A stretch of DNA of 64,000 bases. Source: Candidatus Aminicenantales bacterium. GTDB lineage: Bacteria > Acidobacteriota > Aminicenantia > Aminicenantales > Saccharicenantaceae. This document shows, in pieces, positions 26,783 through 36,046 of this stretch. Position 1 is the first letter of the stretch. Each line of letters begins with the position of its first letter. Both the position numbers and the translations under genes were made by a program. Below the pieces are notes generated by a model. That model did no database searches and was not told the DNA's origin. It worked only from the letters and a program-made list of their open reading frames with translations. The stretch spans positions 1 through 64,000 of the forward strand of contig JBEKXF010000004.1 of NCBI GenBank assembly GCA_049512315.1. The letters are read 5' to 3'.

Positions 26783-27478
26783 ATGCGCACGTTCGTCCTC
26801 GCTGTCTTCTACTCGCTCCTCCTCATCCTCATCACGCCATACCTCCTCCTCTGCATGCTGACGGGGACCAAGGACCCGCTGATCCGCCTCGGCCGGTGGG
26901 CGGTCCGGGCCGGCTGCCGGTTCCTCGGCATCAGAGTTCAAACCTCGGGCCTCGAACGCCTCGACCCGGCGACGCCCTACGTTTTCATGTCCAACCACCT
27001 AAGCTTTCTCGATGGTCCGCTCCTCGCCACCGCAATCCCCCGGCCGGTCCGGATCATCCTGAAAAAGTCCGTGTTTCGGATCCCCGTCCTCGGGATCGGG
27101 ATGCGACATATCGGGTACGTCCCCGTCGACCGGAAGGGAGCCAAGGGCGGGCAAAAAAGCATCCACCGAGCCGCGGAGCTCATGCACGAGAAAGGTTATT
27201 CGTTCCTCGTTTTTCCCGAAGGGACGAGAAGCCGCGACGGCCGGATCCAGGCCTTCCGGCGGGGCGGATTCTTCCTCGCCCTGGAGGGCGGGGCGCCGAT
27301 CGTCCCCGTGACGATCAAGGGGACCTTCGATCTCATGCCTAAGGGGCAGTGGCACGCCCGGAAAGGGGTCGTCCAGATCGACTTTCATAACCCGATGCCC
27401 GTGACGGGCTTCACGGCCGAGACCATGGGAGAACTCATGGAGGGAGTCCGCAGGGCGATCGTATCAAGCCGCGCCTGA
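26783..27478 (+). CDS. plsC: 1-acyl-sn-glycerol-3-phosphate acyltransferase
   Basis: SNHLSFLD (HxxxxD), FPEGTRS and PIVPV; extended -10 TGCTATAAT upstream. Confidence 0.9.
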   Translation: MRTFVLAVFYSLLLILITPYLLLCMLTGTKDPLIRLGRWAVRAGCRFLGIRVQTSGLERLDPATPYVFMSNHLSFLDGPLLATAIPRPVRIILKKSVFRIPVLGIGMRHIGYVPVDRKGAKGGQKSIHRAAELMHEKGYSFLVFPEGTRSRDGRIQAFRRGGFFLALEGGAPIVPVTIKGTFDLMPKGQWHARKGVVQIDFHNPMPVTGFTAETMGELMEGVRRAIVSSRA

Positions 27479-27562
27479 GCCGTGCCCGAGGGCGTGGCAT
27501 CATGCGCGGAGCCCCGGCGATGATGACGGAGATAGGCTGGCCCCCGGGAATGATAGGAGAGA

Positions 27563-28201
27563 GTGATCATGGATCATAAGAGCGCCATTCAGGAAATCAC
27601 CCGGGTCCTGGACGAATTCTTCCAGACCCGCGGCACCGTTTGGGCGGAGATGACCGACGCCGTCACGGCGTCCCTGGAAAAAGGCCATAAGATCTACCTC
27701 TTCGGGAACGGCGGGAGCGCGGCCGAGGCCCAACACTTCGCCGCCGAGCTCGTGAACCGGTTCATGAAAGAGCGGCGGGCCATCCCCGCGATCGCCCTGA
27801 CGGCGGACACCTCCTCCCTCACGGCCATCGCCAATGACGCATCGTTCGAGCGGATCTTCAGCCGCCAGGTCGAGGCCTTCGGGGCGAAGGGCGACGTCGC
27901 CGTCGGGCTGAGCACGAGCGGGGAGTCAGAGAACGTCCTGGAGGGGCTCCGGGTGGCCCGGGCGAAAGGGATGATGACCGTTGCCCTGACGGGGAAGGGC
28001 GGCGGACTGATCGCCGCCGCGCCGGCTGGGAAGATTGGGGACAGGCATGAACCATCACGCACGCGAACGGCCGGCGGCCGAGCTCCGATCCAGGTCGATT
28101 TCTTTCTCGACATCCCTTCCGCCTCGACGCCGCGCGTCCAGGAGGCCCACCTGGTCCTGCTCCACCTGCTCGCGGAAGAGATCGAGAAACGGCTCGGCTA
28201 A
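27563..28201 (+). CDS. gmhA: Phosphoheptose (sedoheptulose-7-phosphate) isomerase, with an approximately 20-aa insertion
   Basis: GNGGSAAEAQHFAAEL, AIAND, FSRQVEA, STSGES.N and TPRVQEAH. Confidence 0.92.
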   Translation: MIMDHKSAIQEITRVLDEFFQTRGTVWAEMTDAVTASLEKGHKIYLFGNGGSAAEAQHFAAELVNRFMKERRAIPAIALTADTSSLTAIANDASFERIFSRQVEAFGAKGDVAVGLSTSGESENVLEGLRVARAKGMMTVALTGKGGGLIAAAPAGKIGDRHEPSRTRTAGGRAPIQVDFFLDIPSASTPRVQEAHLVLLHLLAEEIEKRLG

Positions 28202-29406
28202 CGACGGCAGATATCGATTTTTTCCTGCACCTGCCGCTTTTCTGCGGGATTCCGCGCCAGCTCCAGGCTCCTTTGGAAATAGGGCAGGGCCGACCCCGGA
28301 TCATTCCAGGCGAGATAATGGTTGCCGAAATAGAGTTGAACGGGGAAGCTGTCCCTGTAGCGCTCCTCGTTCCGGAAAAAGTCGGCGTAGCGAGGGACGT
28401 TCGTATCGTAGAAATTAACCCCCGGGGTGACCAGAGCCTGATTCATCCGGCCGATGCCGACGCCGGCCATGAAGATGACCAGCCCCGCGAGGACCGGTTT
28501 TTTCAAGTCGGCCCAAACGGACGGCCGCGCCTCTCCCAACGAACGTCCGTCCGGGAGCTCAGCTTTCCTGCGCTTCAGGCGCCACCCGGCGAGCACGTAG
28601 CAGAGGACAGCCAGAACCAGCCCTGCCAGAACGTCCATCACATAGTGGTCTCCCGTGTAGACGATGGTGAAAAGGACGATCAATGTGTAGAGGATGAAAG
28701 GAAGCGCTTTCGAGCGGTACAAGCCCCAGAGGAGGAGACAGCAGAGGATGGGGAAACCGGCGTGGAGCGAGGGCATGGCCGAGACAGGGTTGAGGTCGAA
28801 GCCGTTGGCGAGGGCGGGGATGGCCGAGTCGAAGAGGACCCTGTTGAAACTGACGAGAGGCGCGAGAAGCCCGAACTGGTCCGAGGCCATCCAGGGCGGG
28901 ACGGTCGGTACGAGGGCGTAAAAGAAGAGGCCCAGTGATATCAGGAGATATAACGACATTTTATATTTCGCCAGGGCCTCCGGCCTGTAGACCCAGATGA
29001 AGAGCCCGATGAAGATGAAGGCGACGTAGTGGCTGCCGTAAAAGACGCTCAGCGTTTTCTCGAGCCAGGAAAAGTGGCCTGCCGGGTCGGTCCGGAGGAG
29101 GAGCGTCTGGAGAGCGACCGAAGGGACCTCGCCGAAGAGAGCCTTCTCGAGCTTGAGAACGTAAAGGGTGTGAACGGGAAGGCGGAACTTGCAGGTCAGG
29201 ACGTAGATGGTCCCCCTCAGGCTGTCCGAGAATAAAAGAAAGGCCACGAAAACGAACCAATCTCTCAGGAGGAGCCTCAGCCGTCCGAGAAGCGCCGCGG
29301 CCAGGATGATCCATAGAACGATGAGAACCTTAGACAAGGGCTGGATGGGTTCGATGAGAATGACCCCGGCCAGGAGGGCCAGGAAAGACACGGCCAGAAA
29401 GGCCAT
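28198..29406 (-). CDS. AUR1/IPC-synthase-like PAP2 membrane phosphotransferase with a C-terminal TPR-like helix pair
   Basis: PTVPPW, AMPSLHAG and GDHYVMDVLAG motifs. Confidence 0.8.
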   Translation of the reverse strand: MAFLAVSFLALLAGVILIEPIQPLSKVLIVLWIILAAALLGRLRLLLRDWFVFVAFLLFSDSLRGTIYVLTCKFRLPVHTLYVLKLEKALFGEVPSVALQTLLLRTDPAGHFSWLEKTLSVFYGSHYVAFIFIGLFIWVYRPEALAKYKMSLYLLISLGLFFYALVPTVPPWMASDQFGLLAPLVSFNRVLFDSAIPALANGFDLNPVSAMPSLHAGFPILCCLLLWGLYRSKALPFILYTLIVLFTIVYTGDHYVMDVLAGLVLAVLCYVLAGWRLKRRKAELPDGRSLGEARPSVWADLKKPVLAGLVIFMAGVGIGRMNQALVTPGVNFYDTNVPRYADFFRNEERYRDSFPVQLYFGNHYLAWNDPGSALPYFQRSLELARNPAEKRQVQEKIDICRR

Positions 29407-29451
29407 GGATAAATTCTTTGAGGCCCCGGGGAAAATGGGTGAATCCCCCCT

Positions 29452-31830
29452 TTATTTTCCAACGATGTCCTTGATCTTGTCGGCTCCGGCGACGCCGCTG
29501 TTGAAGAGATAGCATTTCGCGACGTCCAGCAGGCGGCTGAAAAAAACCCTCTGGGCGTCGAGGGGCCCCGCGCTCGTCCCCGCGCCGGACGCGTCGGCCC
29601 TGCCTCCGGCGAGAAGGTGCGGATTAAAAAACGGCTGGATCTTCGCCACCGTCAAGGCCTTTTTCGCCCCGGCCGACTCTCCGGCCTCCAGGACCCGCAG
29701 GGCCTCGTCCTTGGCGAGCTCGACGACGGCCGGAGACGTCTCGTCGTTCCGGAGGAGGAAGATCCACTTCAGGTTTGTCCGCTTGGCGAAGGCCTCGGGC
29801 CCGCCGATCCAGTTGGGGTCGAGCATCCCGTGAGCCTCCTTCGAGGCCTTGTAGCAGTACGCCGAACCCCGGTCAAGCCGGCAGTCCTCGCCGCGCTGGC
29901 ACTCGGGGACCGTGCAGTCCTCCTTGCGGGTGACGACGTTCTCGCACTTGCTCCTGTCGAAAAGGGGCGCGAGCCGGCCGTTGAGCTCGACCGTGTTCGT
30001 TGGCAGATAGGACTTCCGCTCGACCGAGTCCGCGACCGCCCGGCCGCCGGCCAGCCGGACGAAGACGATGTCGTTCGCCTGGAGCCTGAACCGGGCGTCC
30101 CCGAGGAGCTCGAAGAAGAGCTCCGTTTTTTTCGTCCCGGGCGGGCCGACCAGGATGAGTCCGTCGCCGCCCGGCGCCGCCGCCGACATGCCGCGCACGG
30201 CTCCCGCGCCCCCGGCTCCCGCCATCCGCTCGGCGACGTCCATGACCAGCCCGAGGGCCAGGCTACGTAGCGGTCCGTAGCCGTCCGTGTTGACGAGGAT
30301 CCCCGTTTTGGTCTCCGGGCTGTAGAACGCCCGGGGCTCCCGCCCGGCGATCCCATCGACGGCGTAGATGATGCCGTGGGGCTCGAGGTCGGCCTCGAGC
30401 TGGGCGGGCAGCCAGTTCTCCGTCCAGAAATCGTTGAGGTGGCCGACGTTGGTCCGGAGCTGGACGATGGCGCCGTTGATGTTCGCGTTCCATTCGTACC
30501 GGCCCTCATAGCCCAGGTGGCCGTCCATCTCGGCGACGAGGGCGTCCCGCATCCGGAGGTCGATCTCGGACTCGACGGGCACGGATTTCCTGACCCTCGT
30601 CACGGTGTTGTTGAGGGATACCTGCTTGACCTTCCTGGCCGTCTTGAGCTTGGCCAGGGCCTCGACGATCCGGTCCAGGCTCTTTTCCAGGTTCTCCATG
30701 GACGTGGCGTAAGACAGGCGGATGTAGCCGTCCGCGCCGAAGGAATCGCCCGGCACGATGGCTACCTTGGCTTCCTTGAGCAAATAGTAGGCCATGCCGT
30801 AGGAGTTCCGGATCCGGGCGCCGCCGAACTCCTTGTCGTAGAAGGACTTGACGTTCGGGAAAAGGTAGAAAGCGCCCTGGGGCTTGAAGCAGGCGAGGCC
30901 GGGCACCGCGGCCAGCCGCATGAGGCAGTAGTTGCGCCGGCGCTGGAACTCGGCGACCATCTTCTGGACCTCGTGCTGGGGCCCGAGGTAGGCTTCGAGG
31001 CTCGCCTTCTGGGCGATGGAACAGGCGTTGGACGTCGTGTGGCTCTGGATCTTGGACATGCCGCCGATGATCTCGGCCGGCCCGGCCGCGAACCCGATCC
31101 GCCAGCCGGTCATGGAGTAAGCCTTGGAAACGCCGTTGATGATGATGGTTTTCTTCTTGATATCCTCGCCCAGGGAAGCAAAGCTCGTGAACTTGAAATT
31201 GTCGTAGACGAGCTTGCCGTAGATCTCGTCGGCGATGACGTACATGTCTTCGCCGCGGACGACGTCCGCCAGGGCCATGAGCTTGTCCTTGCTGTAAGCG
31301 CCGCCGGTCGGGTTGGAGGGGTTGTTGAGGATGAGGGCCTTGGTCGCCGGCGATATCGCCGCCTTGAGCTGATCCGGCGTCAGGAGGAAGCCGTCTTCCT
31401 CGCGGGTCGGGACGATCACGGGCTTCCCCTTGGCCAGGTTGACGCATTCGGGGTAGGTGACCCAGAACGGGGCCGGGATGATGACCTCCTCGCCCTCGTT
31501 GACCAGCGTCTGGACGAGATGGAACAGCGACGACTTGGCCCCGGCCGAGACGATGATCTCCTTGGGGCTGTATTCGAGGCCGTAATCGTCCTTGAGGCGC
31601 TGGGCGATGGCCTTCCTCAAGGAAGGGATGCCTTCGTTCTCCGTGTATTTCGTGAAGTTGTCCCGGATGGCCTTGATCCCGGCCTCCTTGATGTTCTCCG
31701 GGGTGGGGAAATCCGGCTCGCCCACGCTCAGGTCGATGACGTCGATCCCCTCGGCCTTCATGGCCTTGGCCTTGGCCGAGATCTTGAGGGTGGGGGATGC
31801 GCCGATCTTCTGGACTTTTTCCGAGATCAT
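29452..31830 (-). CDS. aspC: Aspartate aminotransferase (class I/II PLP) fused to an approximately 390-aa PEPCK/HPrK-like P-loop domain
   Basis: GEPDF, NNPSNPTG, DEIY, NGVSKAYSMTGWRIG and IRLSYA. The C-terminal extension has GPPGTKKT and a Cys cluster. Confidence 0.85.
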   Translation of the reverse strand: MISEKVQKIGASPTLKISAKAKAMKAEGIDVIDLSVGEPDFPTPENIKEAGIKAIRDNFTKYTENEGIPSLRKAIAQRLKDDYGLEYSPKEIIVSAGAKSSLFHLVQTLVNEGEEVIIPAPFWVTYPECVNLAKGKPVIVPTREEDGFLLTPDQLKAAISPATKALILNNPSNPTGGAYSKDKLMALADVVRGEDMYVIADEIYGKLVYDNFKFTSFASLGEDIKKKTIIINGVSKAYSMTGWRIGFAAGPAEIIGGMSKIQSHTTSNACSIAQKASLEAYLGPQHEVQKMVAEFQRRRNYCLMRLAAVPGLACFKPQGAFYLFPNVKSFYDKEFGGARIRNSYGMAYYLLKEAKVAIVPGDSFGADGYIRLSYATSMENLEKSLDRIVEALAKLKTARKVKQVSLNNTVTRVRKSVPVESEIDLRMRDALVAEMDGHLGYEGRYEWNANINGAIVQLRTNVGHLNDFWTENWLPAQLEADLEPHGIIYAVDGIAGREPRAFYSPETKTGILVNTDGYGPLRSLALGLVMDVAERMAGAGGAGAVRGMSAAAPGGDGLILVGPPGTKKTELFFELLGDARFRLQANDIVFVRLAGGRAVADSVERKSYLPTNTVELNGRLAPLFDRSKCENVVTRKEDCTVPECQRGEDCRLDRGSAYCYKASKEAHGMLDPNWIGGPEAFAKRTNLKWIFLLRNDETSPAVVELAKDEALRVLEAGESAGAKKALTVAKIQPFFNPHLLAGGRADASGAGTSAGPLDAQRVFFSRLLDVAKCYLFNSGVAGADKIKDIVGK

Positions 31831-31861
31831 GGTTCACCTGCCTCGACGCCCGACGGGGCGG

Positions 31862-33274
31862 TCACTTCTTCTCGTCTTTTTTGGCGTCCGGGGAGAGCTT
31901 GGCTTTTAGGAATTGGGTGATGTCGGCTCCGGTCAGGGACTTCACGACCTCGGGCATCTGGGCCAGGATCTGGGCGACCTGGGCCGTGATCTTGGTCGTC
32001 CCGAGCTCCTTGTCGCCGCCGACGATGACGATCTTGTCCACCTTGGAGAGCGGCTCGGAGACGGCCTTGGCCAGCTCGGGCAGGATCTTGATGTATGAGT
32101 CGAGGACGGCCGCCTGGGTGTACTTTTCCCAGGCCTGGGCCTTTTTCAGCATGGCCTCGGCTTCGGCCAGGCCCTTGGCCCTGATCCGGTCGGCCTCGGC
32201 CAGGCCCTCGAGCTTCATGGCCTCGGCCTTGCCCTTGGCCTCGGCGGCAATCCGGAACTCCTCGGCCTCGGCTTCCGCCTTGATCTGGTACTTGCGGGCG
32301 TCGGCCGGCTTGACGACCGTGGATTCGAGCTCCTTTCCCTTGCGGGCGATCTCGAGCTCTTCGGTCTTGATGGCCTCTTCCTTCTCGACCTGCTTGACCT
32401 TGGCCTCTTCCTTCTTGATCTCCTGGTTCAGGCGGTTGCGCTCGAGCTCGTAGGAGAAGTCCGCCTGGGCCTTCTTGGTGTTGACGAAGACCTGGGACTC
32501 GGCCTTCTTGGCCTCGTTATCCCACTGGGCCTTGGCGATCTGGGCGTCGGACTGGAGGCGGGCGACCTCGGCCTCCTTGCGCGCCTGGGACGACTTGATA
32601 ACGGATTCTTTCTCGGTCTCGGCCTGGGCGATGGCCGCGTCGCGCTTGGCGGCCGCGATCTGGGGTTTGCTCAGGGCGTCGATATACCCCTGGGTGTCAC
32701 TGATGTCCTTGAGGGAGAAGGACAGGATGACGAGGCCCATCCGGCTGAAATCCTCCCGGACGGCGGCGATGACCTTGTTCGAGAAATCCTGGCGGCCCCG
32801 GTAGATCTCCTCGACCGTCATCGTCCCGATGACCTCCCGGACCTTTCCCTCGAGGACGTTCACGGCCACGTCCCGGATGCCGTCCCGGCCGATCCCCAGG
32901 AACTGCTCCGCGGCGAGGTGGATGGTCTCCTCGGAAGAGTCGACCTTCACCTGGGCTGACGCCTCGGCCATGAGGGGGACGCCGCCGCGGGTCAGGACCT
33001 CGGGGGTCCGGATGGAGATGGAGATGACGTCCATGGGGAGGACGAACACTTTTTCCAGGCCGGGCCAGACGAACGTCCCGCCGCCCAGGCGGTAACGGTA
33101 GCCGACTTTTTTCCGCGTGCCGTCGGCCGCCGTCACGGTTCTCTTCCGGCCGCCGGAGATGATGAGGGCCTCGTTGGGGCCCACCTTCCGGTATTGGACG
33201 GTCATAATTATGATGATGATGGCAATAAAGACAATGACGGCGCCTGCGGCGATGAGCCATGACGCAAAGTTCAT
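31862..33274 (-). CDS. Flotillin (SPFH) family protein
   Basis: N-terminal [28 protein letters not shown] domain, AEA-rich coiled coil and PLSKVDKI. Confidence 0.93.
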   Translation of the reverse strand: MNFASWLIAAGAVIVFIAIIIIIMTVQYRKVGPNEALIISGGRKRTVTAADGTRKKVGYRYRLGGGTFVWPGLEKVFVLPMDVISISIRTPEVLTRGGVPLMAEASAQVKVDSSEETIHLAAEQFLGIGRDGIRDVAVNVLEGKVREVIGTMTVEEIYRGRQDFSNKVIAAVREDFSRMGLVILSFSLKDISDTQGYIDALSKPQIAAAKRDAAIAQAETEKESVIKSSQARKEAEVARLQSDAQIAKAQWDNEAKKAESQVFVNTKKAQADFSYELERNRLNQEIKKEEAKVKQVEKEEAIKTEELEIARKGKELESTVVKPADARKYQIKAEAEAEEFRIAAEAKGKAEAMKLEGLAEADRIRAKGLAEAEAMLKKAQAWEKYTQAAVLDSYIKILPELAKAVSEPLSKVDKIVIVGGDKELGTTKITAQVAQILAQMPEVVKSLTGADITQFLKAKLSPDAKKDEKK

Positions 33275-33431
33275 AACGACCTCCTTGGAGTCAGCCCATG
33301 GTCGGGGAGGGCGGGTTGAAGGAAAAAACGTCCTCCATGAAAGACTGAGGGCCTTTCTTTCCTGGGTTACTAAGGCTTGATATTATTTAATTTAGGGACG
33401 GAATGTCAAGCCGCGACGGCGGGGCCGGGCC

Positions 33432-34223
33432 CTAGTGCCCGTAGGCCATGAAGAGGATGCTCTTCTTCTTGAGGGCTTCTTTCTGGACCTGGATGAGCTT
33501 CCCGACGCCCCTGTCGGCCAGTTTGAGGAGGTCGAAGAGTTCTTCCCGGGAAAAAGGGTTTTTTTCCGCGCCGGCCTGGACCTCCACCAGCTCGCCCCGG
33601 TCGGTCTCGACGACGTTCATGTCGAGCTGGGCCCGGGAATCTTCCTCGTAATCGAGGTCGAGGAGGGCCCGGCCCCCGACGATCCCCACGCTGACTCCGG
33701 CGACGAGGTGACGGAGGGGCATGTGGTCGATGAAGCCCCGGTCGAGCATCTTCTTCAGGGCCAGGCCCAAGGCCACGCAGCCGGCCGTGATCGAAGCGGC
33801 CCTGGTCCCTCCGTCGGCCTGGAGGACGTCGCAGTCGATGATGATCTGCTTATCTCCCAGGGACTGGAGGTCCGTCACGGCCCGGAGCGAGCGGCCGATG
33901 AGCCGCTGGATCTCTTGGGTCCGGCCCGAGATCCTGCCGCCGGCCCGCTCGCGAGGCGTCCGTTCCTCGGTCGCGCGCGGGAGCATGGCGTATTCGGCCG
34001 TGACCCAGCCGGAGCCCGTGCCTTTGAGGAAGGGCGGGACCCGGTCGTCAATGGTAGCCGTTGCCAGGACGCGGGTCCGGCCCATCTCGATGAAGGCAGA
34101 GCCGTCGGCGAAATCGATATAATCGACGGTGATCTTGACGGGCCGGAGTTGGGCCGGCGTCCGCCGGCCGGCCCGCTGGATCTCGGAGGAAGGCGGGATC
34201 TCGGGTTTGATTTTGGCTTTCAT
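33432..34223 (-). CDS. rph: Ribonuclease PH
   Basis: GWVTAEYAMLPRAT, GRTQEIQRLIGRSLRA, DCDVLQADGGTR and LDLDYEEDS. Confidence 0.97.
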   Translation of the reverse strand: MKAKIKPEIPPSSEIQRAGRRTPAQLRPVKITVDYIDFADGSAFIEMGRTRVLATATIDDRVPPFLKGTGSGWVTAEYAMLPRATEERTPRERAGGRISGRTQEIQRLIGRSLRAVTDLQSLGDKQIIIDCDVLQADGGTRAASITAGCVALGLALKKMLDRGFIDHMPLRHLVAGVSVGIVGGRALLDLDYEEDSRAQLDMNVVETDRGELVEVQAGAEKNPFSREELFDLLKLADRGVGKLIQVQKEALKKKSILFMAYGH

Positions 34224-34365
34224 GGGCTTTGGCCGTGCTTATCTTAGTGCATGTGGGGGCGATTTTCAACCGTCCAACCTCCCGGCCCGCTTTACTCCCA
34301 CCGGGAAAATGTTTATAATAACCGCTTTAGGAGGACCTTCGCTTAAAAGGAGCGTCCATCGTCTC

Positions 34366-35226
34366 ATGACCAAACTGCGGGCCCTGGCCGTTCTCGTCGT
34401 CCTGGCCACTCTTCTGTCCTGGCCCTGCCGGAAAGAGCTCGGGGTCCGGGGGATGGACCTCAGCGTCGCCTTTTCGGCCCGCGTCCTGACCGACAACCTC
34501 TTCACGGACGTGACCTATCGCGTCCGGACGGACTCATCGCTCGCGCCGATCACCGAGGATGACAGGATCATTTCCCGTTTCGTGCACCGCGGTCGGCTCC
34601 TCTTCCGGGACGAATGCGAGCCGCCGGTCCCGACCTCCAAGTGGGAACCGAACAGGGAATACACCTTCACCCGACGGATCTATATCCCCGCCTTCATCAA
34701 CGAGTTCGACGCTAAATTTCTGGGGACGGAGAGGCTCGGACTCACGGTCGGACTCGCCTCGCCATCGGACAAGACGGGGGACTCCGGGCTCGTCCTCATC
34801 CGCAAAACGCTTCGGGTCGTCCCGTCGGCGGATTCCCCGGTCATCGTCTATTTGAGCGGCTGGTACGGCCAGGAGACTGATACCCAGGACCCGGGCCGGC
34901 GGTGGAGATGGACATCGAAGGAGGCCCGCACGGCCATCGACAACCCCGGGCGCGACGCCCTGCTCGTCCTTCGCGGCCAGGCCGGCCTCGCGACCGCCGG
35001 TCAGAAAGTCACCATCAGTATCGACGGCAAGCCCTTGGAGAAGTTCGCCCCCGGGAGCGGGGAGTTCGAGCGGCAGTTCATCATCAAGAAGGAATGGCTA
35101 GGCGACAAAAAGGATTTCGAGCTCGTGACCGGGGTCGACAAAACCTTCGTCCCGGCGAAAGTGACGCCCGGTTCCAAGGACGAAAGAGAACTCGGCATCA
35201 GGATCTCGCTGCTGTATTTCCGATAG
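34366..35226 (+). CDS. Hypothetical exported/lipoprotein with a C-terminal beta-sandwich domain
   Basis: Hydrophobic leader ending in Cys; GWY..E...WRWT and DERELGI motifs. Confidence 0.7.
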   Translation: MTKLRALAVLVVLATLLSWPCRKELGVRGMDLSVAFSARVLTDNLFTDVTYRVRTDSSLAPITEDDRIISRFVHRGRLLFRDECEPPVPTSKWEPNREYTFTRRIYIPAFINEFDAKFLGTERLGLTVGLASPSDKTGDSGLVLIRKTLRVVPSADSPVIVYLSGWYGQETDTQDPGRRWRWTSKEARTAIDNPGRDALLVLRGQAGLATAGQKVTISIDGKPLEKFAPGSGEFERQFIIKKEWLGDKKDFELVTGVDKTFVPAKVTPGSKDERELGIRISLLYFR

Positions 35227-35329
35227 GATTTTTCAGACAGGATAGGGGTAGGCGAGCCCTGGCGCCTTGAGTTTCGAGGGCAGCGTAAAGACAAATTCCC
35301 CAACGAACAGATAATATTACGTTTGATGT

Positions 35330-35372
35330 GGGGTCAGGTCTTATAAAAGTACAAGAATGAAGATTTGACCCC
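35330..35372. repeat. REP-like inverted repeat / possible bidirectional terminator between convergent genes
   Basis: GGGGTCAGGTCTT...AAGATTTGACCCC forms a 13-bp stem with two G-U pairs. Confidence 0.6.
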
Positions 35373-35376
35373 TACT

Positions 35377-36003
35377 TCACTTGATCCAGATCGTCGGGAC
35401 GCCTTCCCGCTTCGCCGTCGCCAGGAAATCGTCCAGGTCCTTGGTGGCTCGGGCCGCCTCAGCTTCGGCCTTGGTCAGCTTGTCGTAGGTCTCGCTGATC
35501 TGGAACTGGGTAAAGTCCCTGGCCTTGACGTCGCCCATGTTGTAAAACTCCTGCCAGAGCGAGTTCATCTTCAAGGTCAGGAGATCGATCATTTCCTGAG
35601 CGTCCTGGGCTTTCGTCGCGAGCTCGTTGAGCCTGGCCTTAAAGTCCTTCTCGGCCATGACCGATTGGTCGGCCGGGAGAGTTTGCTCCACGGGCTTCTG
35701 TTCGGGGGCGGCTTGGGCGGCCTGGGGCGGGACTGTCCCTTCCTGGGTGGACGGAGGGCTCGTTTCGCCCGCCGCCTGAGTTTCGCCCTCGGCCGCGGCC
35801 TTTTCCGGCTCCGCGACTTCCACCGCCGGCTTCTTTTTCAGCTTCGCCAGGTCGGCGTTGGTGATGACGGCGGTCGGCTTGTTCTTGACCCCCGCCCGGC
35901 GCGCCTTTTCCTTCTTGGAAAGGTCTGTCACGCTCTGGGCGGAGAGAAAGGACACGACCAGTAGGGAAAGGACGACACATACCAGGTTCTTTTTGTTCAC
36001 CAT
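35377..36003 (-). CDS. Hypothetical secreted coiled-coil protein
   Basis: Signal peptide, VITNADL motif, low-complexity linker, helical C-terminus ending GVPTIWIK. Confidence 0.75.
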   Translation of the reverse strand: MVNKKNLVCVVLSLLVVSFLSAQSVTDLSKKEKARRAGVKNKPTAVITNADLAKLKKKPAVEVAEPEKAAAEGETQAAGETSPPSTQEGTVPPQAAQAAPEQKPVEQTLPADQSVMAEKDFKARLNELATKAQDAQEMIDLLTLKMNSLWQEFYNMGDVKARDFTQFQISETYDKLTKAEAEAARATKDLDDFLATAKREGVPTIWIK

Positions 36004-36046
36004 GGCCTTTTCGCTGACTTCATTATTATCAATTTAGTCGTTCATG

